Source of the DNA: Octopus sinensis
Taxonomy: Eukaryota
NCBI RefSeq assembly: GCF_006345805.1
Contig: NC_043003.1
Location: 84,134,001-84,198,000 of the forward strand
Length of the DNA stretch: 64,000 nucleotides
Reading direction: 5' to 3'
Below the pieces are notes generated by a model. The model was not told the origin of the DNA. It worked only from the letters and a program-made list of their open reading frames with translations, and ran no database searches. Made by a program: the position numbers and the translations under genes. How positions within the stretch are numbered: position 1 is the stretch's first letter; the number at the start of each line of letters is the position of its first letter. This document shows positions 1-12,446 of this stretch, one piece after another.

Positions 1-1066
1 TACATACATACTTACATACATACATACATAACGGCTGTAACTTGAACTTTCCATTGAGTGTTTTGCCGCTTTTTTTTTTTCAAATACAGCCTGCCATAAA
101 ATACAGCACATAATGAAGATGTTAAAAATGGAGCTATGCTTGTATCTGATGCTTGTTTAAGTGAGGTGTGGCCTTGCACTGGGGCAATCCGACTCTGAAC
201 AACGCATGTATTTGTCCAAAAAGGAAAATTAACCTACATCATTAGATGCAAACGAAGTCGCTGGTTTTCTTTCTTTGTCTAGGGTATCTGTCACTTGCAG
301 TTGCTAGGTGATCGTTGACTCTACTGAGTTCGTCCACTATTTGGCAGGATCCGTATTTCGTTCTGGATGGTGTCAGACGAAAGCCATCCGTTTTACCAAG
401 TAGGTTCGGTGGGATTACCGATTTAGTCGCTGACGGCCCGATTATACGATAGATTGTACTGGGTTGCGCGTTACCAGTACCATTTAAGAATAACTACACA
501 TACAGCCACACACGTGTGTGTATGCGTGTGAGGTCATTCTCAATGGTGTGTGAGTGTGTAACTTAATGTTTCCTAAAACAGAGTATTAAATAAGTTATCA
601 GTCCTTATCAGGAAAAACACATTTGAAGGAAAGTGACAAATAGAGAGAATGAGCAGGAGAGAGGGTGACAGAGGAGAGAGAGAGAGAGAGAGAGAGATGA
701 ATAAGAAAGAGGGAAGAGATAATGACTTAAAATGTTCTTAAAACGGGACTGTAGGCTTGATATTGATGACAAAAGATAAGAGCATTTTAGGAGAGGGTGA
801 ACTAAAGAATTCGCGGTTAGGAGCTTAAAGAAACATTAACTCCCCTTCTCAACCGTCATCCACCAATTTTTTCCCAAAATATCTGATGTAAAATATCCTA
901 CGCAACAATTGGCTTCTCCAGCCCTGTTACATATTAAATATATAAAACATTTCCATTGGTTGAAACGACCAATAGGTTTTGTCTGAATTTCTCAAAATAT
1001 TTTGATAGAGAAATAGAAGAAATCATACACGTATACACGTGCGCACGAGCAAATACACACACACAT

Positions 1067-1151
<85 letters not shown>

Positions 1152-1240
1152 AACCGATCAGTTTCTAATCTATATGTTTTGATGATATACATTCTAGAAA
1201 GGATAGTAGATTTGATTGCTTTTGATGCTTAATATTTAAT

Positions 1241-1590
1241 TCTTTATTGCCCACAAGGGGCTAAACATAAAGGGGACAAACAAGGACAGACGAAAGGATG
1301 AAAGGCAAAGTCGACCTCGGCGGAATTTGAACTCAGAACGTAGCGGCAGACAAAATACCTATTTCTTTACAACCCACAAGGGGCTAAACACAGAGGGGAC
1401 AAACAAGGACAGACAAACGGATTAAGACGATTACATCGACCCCAGTGTGTAACTGGTACTTAATTTGTCGACCCAGAAAGGATGAAAGGCAAAGTCGACC
1501 TCGGCGGAATTTGAACTCAGAACGTAACGGCAGACGAAATATCGCTAAGCATTTTGCCCGGGTGCTAACGTTTCTGCCAGCTCGCTGCCT
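1241..1590 (-). mobile_element. tRNA-derived SINE family A, head-to-tail dimer (internally deleted unit plus full unit)
   Basis: The minus strand reads GGCAGCGAGCTGGCAGAAACGTTAGCA (A-box-like) ... GAGTTCAAATTCC (B-box) ... GTCGACTTTGCCTTTCATCCTTTC..GGGTCGACAAATTAAGTACCAG. The 3' tail runs directly into a second partial unit. Many dispersed homologues occur in the window. Confidence 0.9.
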
Positions 1591-2128
1591 TATAGAGTGT
1601 ATATATTAAAAGGCTTATGATTTTATATAGCTCTGTATTCTAGCATGATAATATATATTATCGACAGCGAATAATTGCAGTAAAGAGTTAAATTTGTAGA
1701 AATATAAATATTTAAAGAATTCCATCATGGAAGAGCCACTTTATCCCGTTTAGTCATCTAAAAACATACAAAAATTGTTTGAATTTTCTTTTGACTTATT
1801 TCTTATATCAAAATATTCACCATTCAAATGCAACATGATCACTGACATTGTTCCGCAGCAGATGGAAATGTGTCAGTGATGAGGTCGCAGAGATGTGACG
1901 AAAATTTTGACACCACAGGGAATAAATGAAAAAAGGAATACAGCATCATTTTTTTAGCATTTTCTTCGGATAGCTAAAAGAATTCATTCATTATGTAATT
2001 GCTTCAGGTTTAACACATGGTCTCGGATCAAATTACTTGGCAGACAAGTATTTTTTCATAAAGATAATGAGTTCTGTCTCTCATGCTACGAAATAATGTC
2101 CGTTTCATGAGTGAATTAATGCTTCTTG

Positions 2129-2228
2129 NNNNNNNNNNNNNNNNNNNNNNNNNNNNNNNNNNNNNNNNNNNNNNNNNNNNNNNNNNNNNNNNNNNNNNNN
2201 NNNNNNNNNNNNNNNNNNNNNNNNNNNN
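2129..2228. other. Assembly gap (100 N)
   Basis: Run of 100 N; a round number is typical of a gap of unknown size. Confidence 0.99.
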
Positions 2229-3179
2229 GAACAGCTGTTTCGAAACCTACAGCTTCATTATGCAAATAACTATTGTTGCACTTGACTTTGTTAATGAATC
2301 TCTAAGTTGTAATCTCGAGAAGCCGAGATTTCTGACTAAGAAAGCGTCTTTCATTATTACGTTCCTCGTTAATATAATCTATAAGCTGAAGTATATTCAA
2401 GACTTTTCGAAGGTTCAGTATGTAAGATTTCATCGTTGCTTTGTTGCTATTATCCAAATTTCAGCGACGTAGCTTCCTTTCTTCGTTAGAAGCGAATTCC
2501 TTCTTTATAGAAAGAATTTGAATAATGAAAAATAAGAAGATAGCATATAAGCTTACGTAGGTACGTACATTCCAAAATAATCTTAATTTCTAAAAATAAG
2601 CACGAAATTTCACATTTCTCGGGAAGAAACACTAAATTGATCGTGAGCGTACATGACTGTTACATACTTTATCGACTCCCCGGAAGGATGAGAGGAAATA
2701 TCAATGAAGGAAAGAAAAAGAGAAATTTAAAATGAATGCTGAAAAATGGAAGGGCGATGGGTGGCAAAATAGGATGAAATATTTGGTTATGTTGCATAAC
2801 GTCATGAGTTTAAGTGTAATGGGAACTTTCACACGCCTAGAATCGATTAAACGATGTACCAATTTTCATTCACTTATTAATTCCGTCTTTCTTTCTTTCT
2901 TTTACTTAGAAGAAGGAAGAAAAGCGCCCATGACTCTTATATATACTTTTAGGGCCTCCGGGAATTATAGAAGGAATGGAGGATGTTATCCTCACATCCG
3001 AAATATGGTCCAAACTCAAGAAAAGAACGGATTACGGTAAAGGAACTCAAGGACCAGGCGGTGGAGGTGTTAAATAGGCCGACGGATTAAGTTTAACCGT
3101 CAAGAACTCAGAGCATAGAAGTCGTGATAGCTTCTGTGAGAGAGGGTTTTACTAGCATTTAGCTGGCTTGTTAGTCAAC

Positions 3180-3418
3180 GTTACTCCGTAAGGAGCACAG
3201 AACCAGTTTCACTGCCATATATATATATATATATATATTCCTTCCTGGACGGGGTGAACGGAACATCAGTTCGTCGCAGGATTACTCAATTTTGCCAGCT
3301 GATTGGACTGGAGCAGCATGAAATGAAGTGTTTTGCTCAAGAACATAACGCACTGCCCGGTCCAGGAATCGAAACCACAATCTTACACGTTCTAACCACA
3401 AAGCTATGCACCTCTACT
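3180..3418 (-). mobile_element. CORE-type SINE with tail type D (second copy, internal (TA)n)
   Basis: Shares TTACTCCGTAAGGAGC, TCGTCGCAGGATTACTCA and GTGTTTTGCTCAAGAACATAACGC with 52590-52830. Confidence 0.85.
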
Positions 3419-3761
3419 GAGTATACTGGATTAACATGAAATAAAATACCTAGCCCCCCCCCCAAAAAAAAAGAAAGTAAGAAATAAGAAACACTCTGTA
3501 GAGTTAGTGTAAACATCTATACATTTAAAGGTGGTGCTCCAGCATGACCACAGTCCTATGGCAGTAATTACAGAAGGCTGTTTTTTCTGTGACTTACTAA
3601 ATTTAATACTTTTGATTTTTTTTCCTCTCTTTTTTTAAAAAATAAATTCCAAAATAATTTTAAAAAATGAAATCAGAAACGAAATCAGCTTAAAACAACC
3701 GAGAAGCGAAATGTCATGGAATAGGAGGAGGGACAGATGTGATGTACGTGTGTATGAGTGT

Positions 3762-3803
<42 letters not shown>

Positions 3804-3955
3804 GTGTGTGTGTGTGCGATTGGGGGTCAGAGTTAGAGGAGAAATGGATTGTGAGCGATACAGATGGAAAGAAAGAAGTTTATAAAAAATAGAATAAAAG
3901 TCTTAAAAAAGAAGTGAAGATGAAACAATAGACAGAGAGAGAGAGAGAGACTGAC

Positions 3956-3986
<31 letters not shown>

Positions 3987-5231
3987 CAGAGAAATGTCAA
4001 GCTTGATAACCTCTAAAAAGTGTGTTAAATATTCACGTGGTTTCAATCTTGGGAAAGATAGATGGATTGATAGATAAGAGTGAGAGAGAGAGAAGTGTTA
4101 GGGAAAGAGGGAGAGAGCGTTAGAGTGTAAGAAATTAGGGAAGGAGAAGAGAGTGTGAAGATCTAGCAAGTTTAATAGATTGATCGATGGAGAGACTGGT
4201 GCACAAAGGCACCAGAATATATATATATATTCGTTATGTGCGACAGTAGTATTAGTTTAAAATAGCAATCGCTCTATCATATTTAAAGCAACTATATCAT
4301 TGAAAGTCTAATTAAATGTATTTGCTCTGAGATAGTATCTGTTATGTACGTACAACCTTAAAAACACAGAAATATACCAGCAGCAGATAAAACTCTGGTG
4401 GTGTCATTTCTAAATGTGCATTTCTGCCTTTTTAGGCTTCGTCAGTAATAAGTATCCTATGGTAACCACATGCTAACACAAAATCCACCGTTACTGCTGT
4501 CATTTATACCTTTAATTGCTGGTATAATGGGCTACTTTGATATATATTTCATGTGGCAATTTTAAATAGGCATATTGAGCTCAAACTCCGAAACTAATCA
4601 ACTAACTTGCATTTTGTGAACAGAATTTGTAGGCGGAACAGTAAAATATGAAAAACTTTTCTAAAGTTCAACTTAAATAATAATTTTTTTTAAAATGAAG
4701 ACAATTACGATACATCCACACGTGCACGTATTATTGTATATTTAAATGCATACATATATACGCATATACACATATGTATACATATTTATTGCCGCAAACA
4801 GAAGAGAGATGAGTGATGAGGAGGGAGAGAGAGATGGGGGGCGGGAGTGGGGTTTGGGAAGAAAAAAGGAGACAATTAAATGAAAAGTTAAATCCATTTG
4901 AATATCAAATGAATGAACTAACAAATACTAAAGCCACTTTAAACATGTGACTAGTAATTATCTTTCAGAATTAAATGGAAATTATTGCTTTGTTTTTCTT
5001 TTCAAAGAATCTTTCCCATTGTTGTGAAATATGAAGGAATTTTCCACGCCAATATATACTTCACACGATATATATGTGAATGTGTATGTGGTGTGTATAT
5101 ATATATATATATATATATATTATACACACAGGCACAGACACGCCCACACACATAGGCACACATCACATATACAGATTCGCACTCGCGCACACACACGCGA
5201 ACACACACACACACACACATGCTAAACTTCA

Positions 5232-5350
5232 TTTTGCAACCATGTTGTTTCCGGTTCAGCTCCACCGCGCGGCACCTTGCGGAAAAATATTCTACTACGG
5301 CCCCAGAGCGCTCAAAGCCTTGTGAGTGAACTCGGTAGACGGAAACTTCA
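5232..5350 (+). mobile_element. SINE family B 5' part followed by ~390 bp of (TA)n-rich microsatellite
   Basis: GGTTCAG...GCGGCACCTTG...AAAGCCTTGTGAGTG...GGTAGACGGAAAC...GTCGTATATATA. Confidence 0.75.
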
Positions 5351-5405
5351 TGGGAGCCTGTCGTATATATATATACATATATATATATACATATATATAT
5401 ACATG

Positions 5406-5452
<47 letters not shown>

Positions 5453-5600
5453 ATATATACATACATACATATATATATTATATATACATGTATATATGTA
5501 TTATATATATATATATATATATTATACATACCTATATATTTATATATACATGTAATATATATATATAATGTATGTATATATATTATATATATATATATAT

Positions 5601-5631
<31 letters not shown>

Positions 5632-5665
5632 CATACATACATACATACATATATACATGTGTATG

Positions 5666-5717
<52 letters not shown>

Positions 5718-5754
5718 ATATATATATAGGTGTGTGTATCTTTTGTTTTTTACT

Positions 5755-5933
5755 TGTTTCAGTCATTATACTATGGCCATGCTGGTGCACCACCTTGAGG
5801 AACTTTTAGTTGAATGAATCGACCTCAGTACTTACTTTTTGCTAAGCCTAGTACTTATCCTATCGTTCCCTTTTGCCGAACCGATAAATTACGGGGACAT
5901 AAACACACCTACGCCGGTTGTCAAGCGGTACTA

Positions 5934-5970
<37 letters not shown>

Positions 5971-6125
5971 GATATCTACGACGGGCTTCTTTCGAATCCA
6001 CTCACAAAGATTTGGTCGGCCTGTGGCTATAGTAGATGACACATGCACAATGTATTACGCAGTGGGACTGAACCCGGAACCATGTGGTTGGGAAGCAAGT
6101 TTCTTATCACAAAGCTATGTCTGTA
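5755..6125 (-). mobile_element. SINE family B (CORE-type, internal microsatellite)
   Basis: Homologous to 49446-49880: AACCACATGGTTCCGGGTTCAGTCCCACTGCG head, internal (CA)n, tail GCATGGCCATAG..AATGACTGAAACAAGTAAA. Confidence 0.85.
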
Positions 6126-6537
6126 CCTATTACTGCATTTAAATTTAATAATTTTACCATTCTTTACAAATAAATAAATAAACAAAAATTGTGGGTTATT
6201 TCGCTTAGCTATAATTAATCACCTGGGATTTTTCTTTCAGGAGTATTAACTTCTGCGACTTCGGATTCGATTGTGTCCTCAGTATTAAGACGGCGGGTGC
6301 ATTTTGAGGGAGACTGCGAAGGTTTTACAACGTAGGATACCAAGTAGGGCACGTCGAGCTCTTCTCGTTGTTTCATGGTGATGCGTAGTATTTGAGATCG
6401 CTGATAGATATTCTGTTTAACTGAGTAGCTACTTCAACGAACGCAACAATATGGTGAAGTGACAATAAGTGGTGAGCAGCACATCCTAACTATTAATACT
6501 TCCGACAACAGCAATTAGGAAATGCCGACGTTCAGAG

Positions 6538-6735
6538 AGAGAGAGAGGGGGGAGAGGAGAGAGGGAGAGAGAAAGAAGGAGAGAGGAGAGAGGGAGAGAG
6601 AAAGAAGGAGAGAGGAGAGAGGGAGAGAGAAAGAAGGAGAGAGGAGAGGAAGAGAGGGAGAATGAGAGAGAGAGGGGGAGGAGAGAGGGAGGGAGAGAGA
6701 AAGAAGGAGAGAGGAGAGGAAGAGAGTGAGAGAGA
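6538..6735. repeat. Purine minisatellite, ~24-bp unit GAGAGGAGAGAGGGAGAGAGAAAGAAG-like
   Basis: Repeating GGAGAGAGAAAGAAGGAGAGAGGAGAGAG blocks; the + strand is almost purely purine. Confidence 0.85.
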
Positions 6736-6994
6736 AAGTCATGAGGGAGAGGAAAGAGAGATGTCAGCAAAAAGAATGCTTTGGAGCCGTTTAGTTCATG
6801 TCAAGTGTTGGGAAGGTTACATTAAAGTGTATCTAATTCTAGGTTAGATTTCATCAATTCATGCTGGACAAATACAATGGCATTAATAGTGCGTGCGTTG
6901 TGTGTGTGTGTGTGTGTACCTACACATATACGCACACAGATAGATAGGATAGATGTATACAAAAGCGCACGTATACCCAAATGTATGTGTGTGT

Positions 6995-7140
6995 ATATGA
7001 CTGTGTGGTAAGAAGCTTGCTTCCCAACCACCAGGAAACACATGGTTCCTGGTTCACTCCTGCTATGTGACAATTTGGGCAGCTGTCTTCTACTATAGCC
7101 TCAGGCCAACCAGAGGCTTGTGAGTGGATTTGGTATTATT
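6995..7140 (+). mobile_element. SINE family B 5' part
   Basis: GACTGTGTGGTAAGAAGCTTGCTTCCCAACC...TTGGGCAGCTGTCTTCTACTATAGCCTCAGGCC...GTGAGTGGATTTGGTA, then (TA)n. Confidence 0.85.
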
Positions 7141-7142
7141 AT

Positions 7143-7192
<50 letters not shown>

Positions 7193-7283
7193 TGTAATAG
7201 AAGAGTAAAATTTATTAATTAAATTAATTAATTAATCAATTAATTAACAATTTCACCAAGTAGATCGGTACGTTAAAATAACC

Positions 7284-7328
<45 letters not shown>

Positions 7329-7559
7329 TATATATATTATATAACGGACATACACATACATATATATGTATATAGAAATTATATTACATATACATGCATA
7401 AATGAATTATACAGTTTATGTACACTATACACGCACGTATATATGCATGTTTTTATACAGACACACACACACACACACAAACATACATCGAAATACATAC
7501 ACATGTTTGTCTATGTACATCATTGCTGAAGGAGGGGTACTGCATATCCGATGTCCACA

Positions 7560-8110
7560 GAATGCCACAACTTTTTTTATGGAGATGGTACCTTTGACAA
7601 GAGCAGTGTACACTGCTGGATAAAGAACTCTAAAGGAAACGAAACCAGCGCTGAAGGCGAACCCCAGAGTAGAGGGCCATCAAGGATGGCCACAGACACG
7701 AATGACCCGCAATGACACGAATGACTTGATTCACGTGGACAGATGACCCACAATCATCCGTGAAATTGTTGTACGACTGGACAGTGCCTTGTCCAGTTGT
7801 AACAATGCATTGCATAAGATGGTGAAAGACTTTGGGTAATAGAAAGTGTGTTGACAGTCGATTCAAAGGCGAGGTGCAGTGAAAGTCTGCACTGATTTGT
7901 TAAAAAATTCTGAAGTCAACGAAGACCACCATGATTTTTCTTTGATCTGTTAACTGTGTATGAAACGAGGCCATGTATATATGATGCAGAAACGAAGGTT
8001 CAGTCTATAGAATGGCGTAGCATCTGTTCTCCAGCATCATTGAGCGCAGAAAGTCAATGTAACTGTTCTTTTTGTTAATGGCAAGGACAATAATCTCCTT
8101 GATTCTAATG
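7560..8110 (+). mobile_element. Highly decayed mariner transposase fragment
   Basis: Broken frames give EGEPQSRGPSR (cf. EDEPRSGRPS), LGNRKCV, VKVCTDLL and LTVYETRPCIYDAETKVQSIEWR (cf. ITGDETWVYQYDPETKRQSSEW), followed by a KVMxTVFF-like stretch. Confidence 0.75.
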
Positions 8111-8505
8111 AGTTACACATCGATTTACGTCTATGAAACTTCAAGTAACGCGGGGTTGCGTCGATCTATTTAGAAACAGAATGGCACCCCCCCCGCACTA
8201 CAAGAAGTTTCATAGACATAGATCGATATCGAACTCACTGGATAAATATAGTAAGTTCAATTCAAATACATACATACACACACGTGCGCGCGTATATATA
8301 TATATATATATATGGTTCAAAGATTTATGAGTTTAACGTAAGATATTCCGTCCAACTGAATTGAGTGCTTAATAGTGTCCACAACCCGATGATTACTTGG
8401 CAATACGTTCATTCATCTAAAACTAGCTCTACATCTTTAATAAGGAACAGATTTAAACAACTCGGAAAACTCATATTAATCACATGCGAAAATACCTACA
8501 CACTC

Positions 8506-8602
<97 letters not shown>

Positions 8603-8787
8603 GGACAGACATATGGGGAGGTAACTATCTCATTAAAAGGTTCGTGAAACCATACCATGGTTTCAAATTTATATACTTACACACACAGATACTTACATAC
8701 ATATACGTACGTATATATATGAATACTTGTATACATAGGTATTATATATATATATGTCGTATACTGTAATATACATATGTGTATATT

Positions 8788-8840
<53 letters not shown>

Positions 8841-8967
8841 TTATATTATGCGTGTGTATATATATATGTGTGTATATATGTGTGTGTATATATGTATATA
8901 TATATGATATATATATATGTGTGTGTATATAATGTATATATGTGAATATATATATTATCTATACATA

Positions 8968-9008
<41 letters not shown>

Positions 9009-9033
9009 TATATATGTGTGTAATATATCTATA

Positions 9034-9073
<40 letters not shown>

Positions 9074-9095
9074 GTGTGTAAATATATCTATATCT

Positions 9096-9145
<50 letters not shown>

Positions 9146-9777
9146 GTAAATGTGATATATTTATAGCCATTCACATATATACATACAAACACGCACATAC
9201 AACACAGCAATGCAGTGTTTTGAATCGTGAGGTTCTAGTATAACAGAGAAGTAGAAATAATATACGCTGAACAAAAGTCTTGTGTGATACCCCACCGCTC
9301 GTTCTCACTGTTTCTCTTTACTGAAATCCGTCAGTCAAGACTTTCACAGGACAAACTAAATACGTATCCCACTTCAAACCTCTCTCAGCAGTTTTAATAA
9401 CAGAAAGTACATAGGATAATGTATATAGGTTTATGGGTAAAAAGAACTCTAAAAACACCTCCGAACATTGGAATGGGTTTAGGTTATAGGTGAGCTCAAA
9501 GAGGAAATAACTCGGGGAGATAAACATCAACGGGAAGAACGTTTAAAAGAAATTAATCTTGATCATACCTTGTCTCATATCGTGTGTGTTCCGTTTGCCG
9601 TCTGACTATAAAACGTGTAGTTGTTGTTATGGTGACAACGGTAGCGAAACTGATGATAATGGTGGTGGTGGTGGTGGTGATGGTGGTGGTGGTGATGATG
9701 ATGATAAGGATGATGAAAGTAACTAGTAAAAAGCGTAGAGATTCTTTGAACGCACTTATCATACATAAATACACATG

Positions 9778-9823
<46 letters not shown>

Positions 9824-10668
9824 GTGTGTGTGTAAATAGAAACTAAAATCCAGAAGAGAGAACTCTACGGCTTGGCTTTAGGATCTGACGTCACTTCCTA
9901 CGCTAATGACCTCTTAGCAATATATCCTCTTACATACAAACATGTACGTAGACACACAGACATCTGCATACGCTCATACACTCGCCAATCTCTCACTGTC
10001 TTTCAAGAACACACACAAACTCACACACACACACACACACACATACACACACACACGTGCGCGCAGACACGGACTTAGTTTTTTCCCCATTATTCATTTA
10101 CTTATCCTCTTGTTTGAAAGGGTTAGAAAACATGACAGTCCTGGGAAAGCTAAATTTCCACCAACCCCGCCAACATCACAATCTCCACCTCCTTAACTTT
10201 ACAATGTTAAACGCGCGCACGCTACACACACACATACACACACACACAAACATTCATATAGAGAACGTTGGATTACTAAACAGACAAAAAAAAATTGACA
10301 AAACCCGGATAAATTTGTCCCAGTTTCATTTTCTGTAATTGTAATTTTATCTGCGTCGTATTTTCCTTCGTAATACACTTGGATAAGCAGGGGGAAAATC
10401 TAGTAGTAGTAGTAGTAGTAGTAGTCTTTAGAAGAACCAGAAGTGTTAAAATATAAACCATAAATAAGAACAAAATAGAAGTGAAAAATATGAACGGCGA
10501 AGTTCGAATTTCAAGTTTCGTTTTAACTGACAATGAATATTGAACATATAAGAAAATGTCAAGCTGTTCTCTTTTTCCATTCCTCTCTTTGTGTCTGCTT
10601 CCCTTATTCGTTCCGTCTTTTCTGCTTTGCGCGCATACATACACGATAGATACATACGTACATAGTGG

Positions 10669-11051
10669 ATGGAAGCACTCCGTCGGTTACGACGACGAGG
10701 GTTCCGGTTGATCCGAATCAACGAAACAGCCTTCTCGTGAAATTAACGTGTAAGTGGCTGAGCACTCCACAGACACGTGTACCCTTAACGTAGTTCTCGG
10801 GGATATTCAGCATGACACAGAGAGTGACAAGGCCAGCCCTTTGAAATACAGATACAGCAACAGAAACAGGAAGTAAGAGAAAGTTGTGGTAAAAGAGTAC
10901 AGCAGGGATCACCACCATCCCCTGCCGGAGCCTCGTGGAGCTTTAGGTGTTTTCGCTCAATAAACACTCACAACGCCCGGTCTGGGAATCGAAACTGCGA
11001 TCCTATGACCGCGAGTCCGCTGCCCTAACCACTGGGCCATTGCGCCTCCAC
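10669..11051 (-). mobile_element. SINE family C (tRNA-like head, stem-loop tail)
   Basis: Minus strand: TGGAGGCGCAATGGCCCAGTGGTTAGGGCAGCGGACTCGCGGTC...GTTTCGATTCC. Closely similar to 39641-40027. Approximate TSD (C)A(C/T)(A/G)TACATAGT. Confidence 0.92.
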
Positions 11052-11142
11052 ACATACATAGTATTACTTAATCAAAGCGTATAGTATTCAGAAATGGCAG
11101 GTATGGCAAAAAATATGGTGACTTCTCTCCTTTAGAGAGTGG

Positions 11143-11640
11143 CTAGGATGCAGGCGCATGGCTCAGTGGTTAGAGCGTTGGGCCCACAATCATGAGCTAG
11201 TGAGTTCGATTCCTGGACTGGGCTGTATGCTGTGTTCTTGAGTATGACACTTTATTTCACGTTGCTCCAGCTCACTCAGCCCGGACTTGTACAGCGGAGG
11301 CAAACTTTCTAGATTCAATCCCATAGTCATTTACGACCAAAGGGAATCTTTACCCTTTCAGGATGATGTACTCACAGTCATAAGATCGTGGATTCGATTC
11401 CCAGACGGAGTGGCGCAACGTGTTCTTGAATAAGACACTTCATTTCACGTTGTTCTATCCACGCAGCTGTAAAAATGGGGAACCTAGCTACGGATTAACC
11501 TTCCGATTGAGGGGAATATTGGCCTGCTCACTTAGCCAACCGGATGGCATCATTCGAAAGCTAAAACAATTCAAAGCGCATTGTGCCCAGCGATGTATAA
11601 CATCCAATAGTCTGGTTGATCATGATCACGTGATACATAC
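11143..11640 (+). mobile_element. Two adjacent degenerate CORE-type SINEs (second has tail type E)
   Basis: Heads at ~11145 (GGCGCATGGCTCAGTGGTTAGAGCG...GAGTTCGATTCC) and ~11380; tail GGCCTGCTCACTTAGCC...GCTAAAACAAT...GCGCATTGTG is also seen at 21480-21600. Confidence 0.8.
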
Positions 11641-11783
11641 ACATATGCATACATATGCGTATAACATTATTCAATTTTATTTCAAGGTTTCTTGCCAATA
11701 GTGAAAGAGCCGGATTCTAACCTAGATCCAAGACGCCTTCATTGGAATTTCAACAATAATGAACAGGGTATTTTTTGTATGTA

Positions 11784-12446
11784 TTGGATCATCCCATAAA
11801 TAATGCAGGTTTTCAATTGCGTGAACTAAAAGTCGGAGGGGGACGGGATAAACTACCTGCATCAACTTGCTATAAAAGCAGATAGTAATTTGACTTTGCA
11901 CTTATTCTTAGTGCAAGTTTTGAAGAGTGCACTTCGATTTTAACAGTCATATTTTCAAAGCTATAATGGACGGAAAAAAGGAGCATATTTGGCATATTTT
12001 GCTTTATGAGTTCAATAAAGGCAACAATGCAACGGAAAGTGCGAGGAATATTAATGCAGTATACGGAGATCAACGATAAACGTAAGCCAGTGTCAACGGT
12101 AGTTCCAGAAGTTCCGAGCCAGAAACTACAGCCTAGAAGACGATCCTCGTTCTGGAAGATCTGTAGAGCTCGGCGAGGACGTCCTGCAAACCCTGGTGGA
12201 GCAAAATCCCATCGTAACTTTTGAGGAACTAGCAGAGAAGCTTGGATTTGGTCATTCAACCAGTCATGGACCTGCGTGCCATCAGAAAAAGTCTTCAAAT
12301 TGGGTCAATGGGTTCCTCACAAACTTTCCGAGTCTAATCGCGCGCAGAGAGTGAATGTGTGCTCTTCTTTGCAGTTCACATCTCACGAATGAACCTTTTT
12401 TTGGACCGAATAGTGACTGGTGACGAGAAATGGGTTCTCCATAAAA
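11784..12446 (+). mobile_element. Decayed mariner transposon (left TIR plus 5' half of transposase pseudogene)
   Basis: TA|TTGGATCATCCCATAAATAATGCAGGTTTT TIR-like start. From ATG 11966: MDGKKEHIWHILLYEFNKGNNATESARNINAVYGD / TINVSQCQR*FQKFRARNYSLEDDPRSGRSVEL...ELAEKLGFGHST / LGQWVPHKLSESNRAQRVNVCSSL / EPFLDRIVTGDEKWVLHKN. These are the mariner HTH, WVPHEL and first catalytic Asp motifs. Frameshifted and 3'-truncated. Confidence 0.93.

Noticed and set aside
1824-1875. SECIS element or C/D snoRNA in the hairpin ATCACTGACA...TGTCAGTGAT
   Set aside because: The 10-bp stem is real, but the ATGA/TGAT quartet is out of register with helix II, there is no apical AA, and the C/D box spacing does not fit.
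2083-2472. 129-aa ORF
   Set aside because: It is open only because it runs through the N gap.
10990-11051. tRNA genes in SINE heads (also 16860-16925, 39965-40025)
   Set aside because: A- and B-boxes are present, but the sequence continues into SINE core and tail with TSDs, and I could not see a complete cloverleaf with an acceptor stem; these are tRNA-derived SINE heads.
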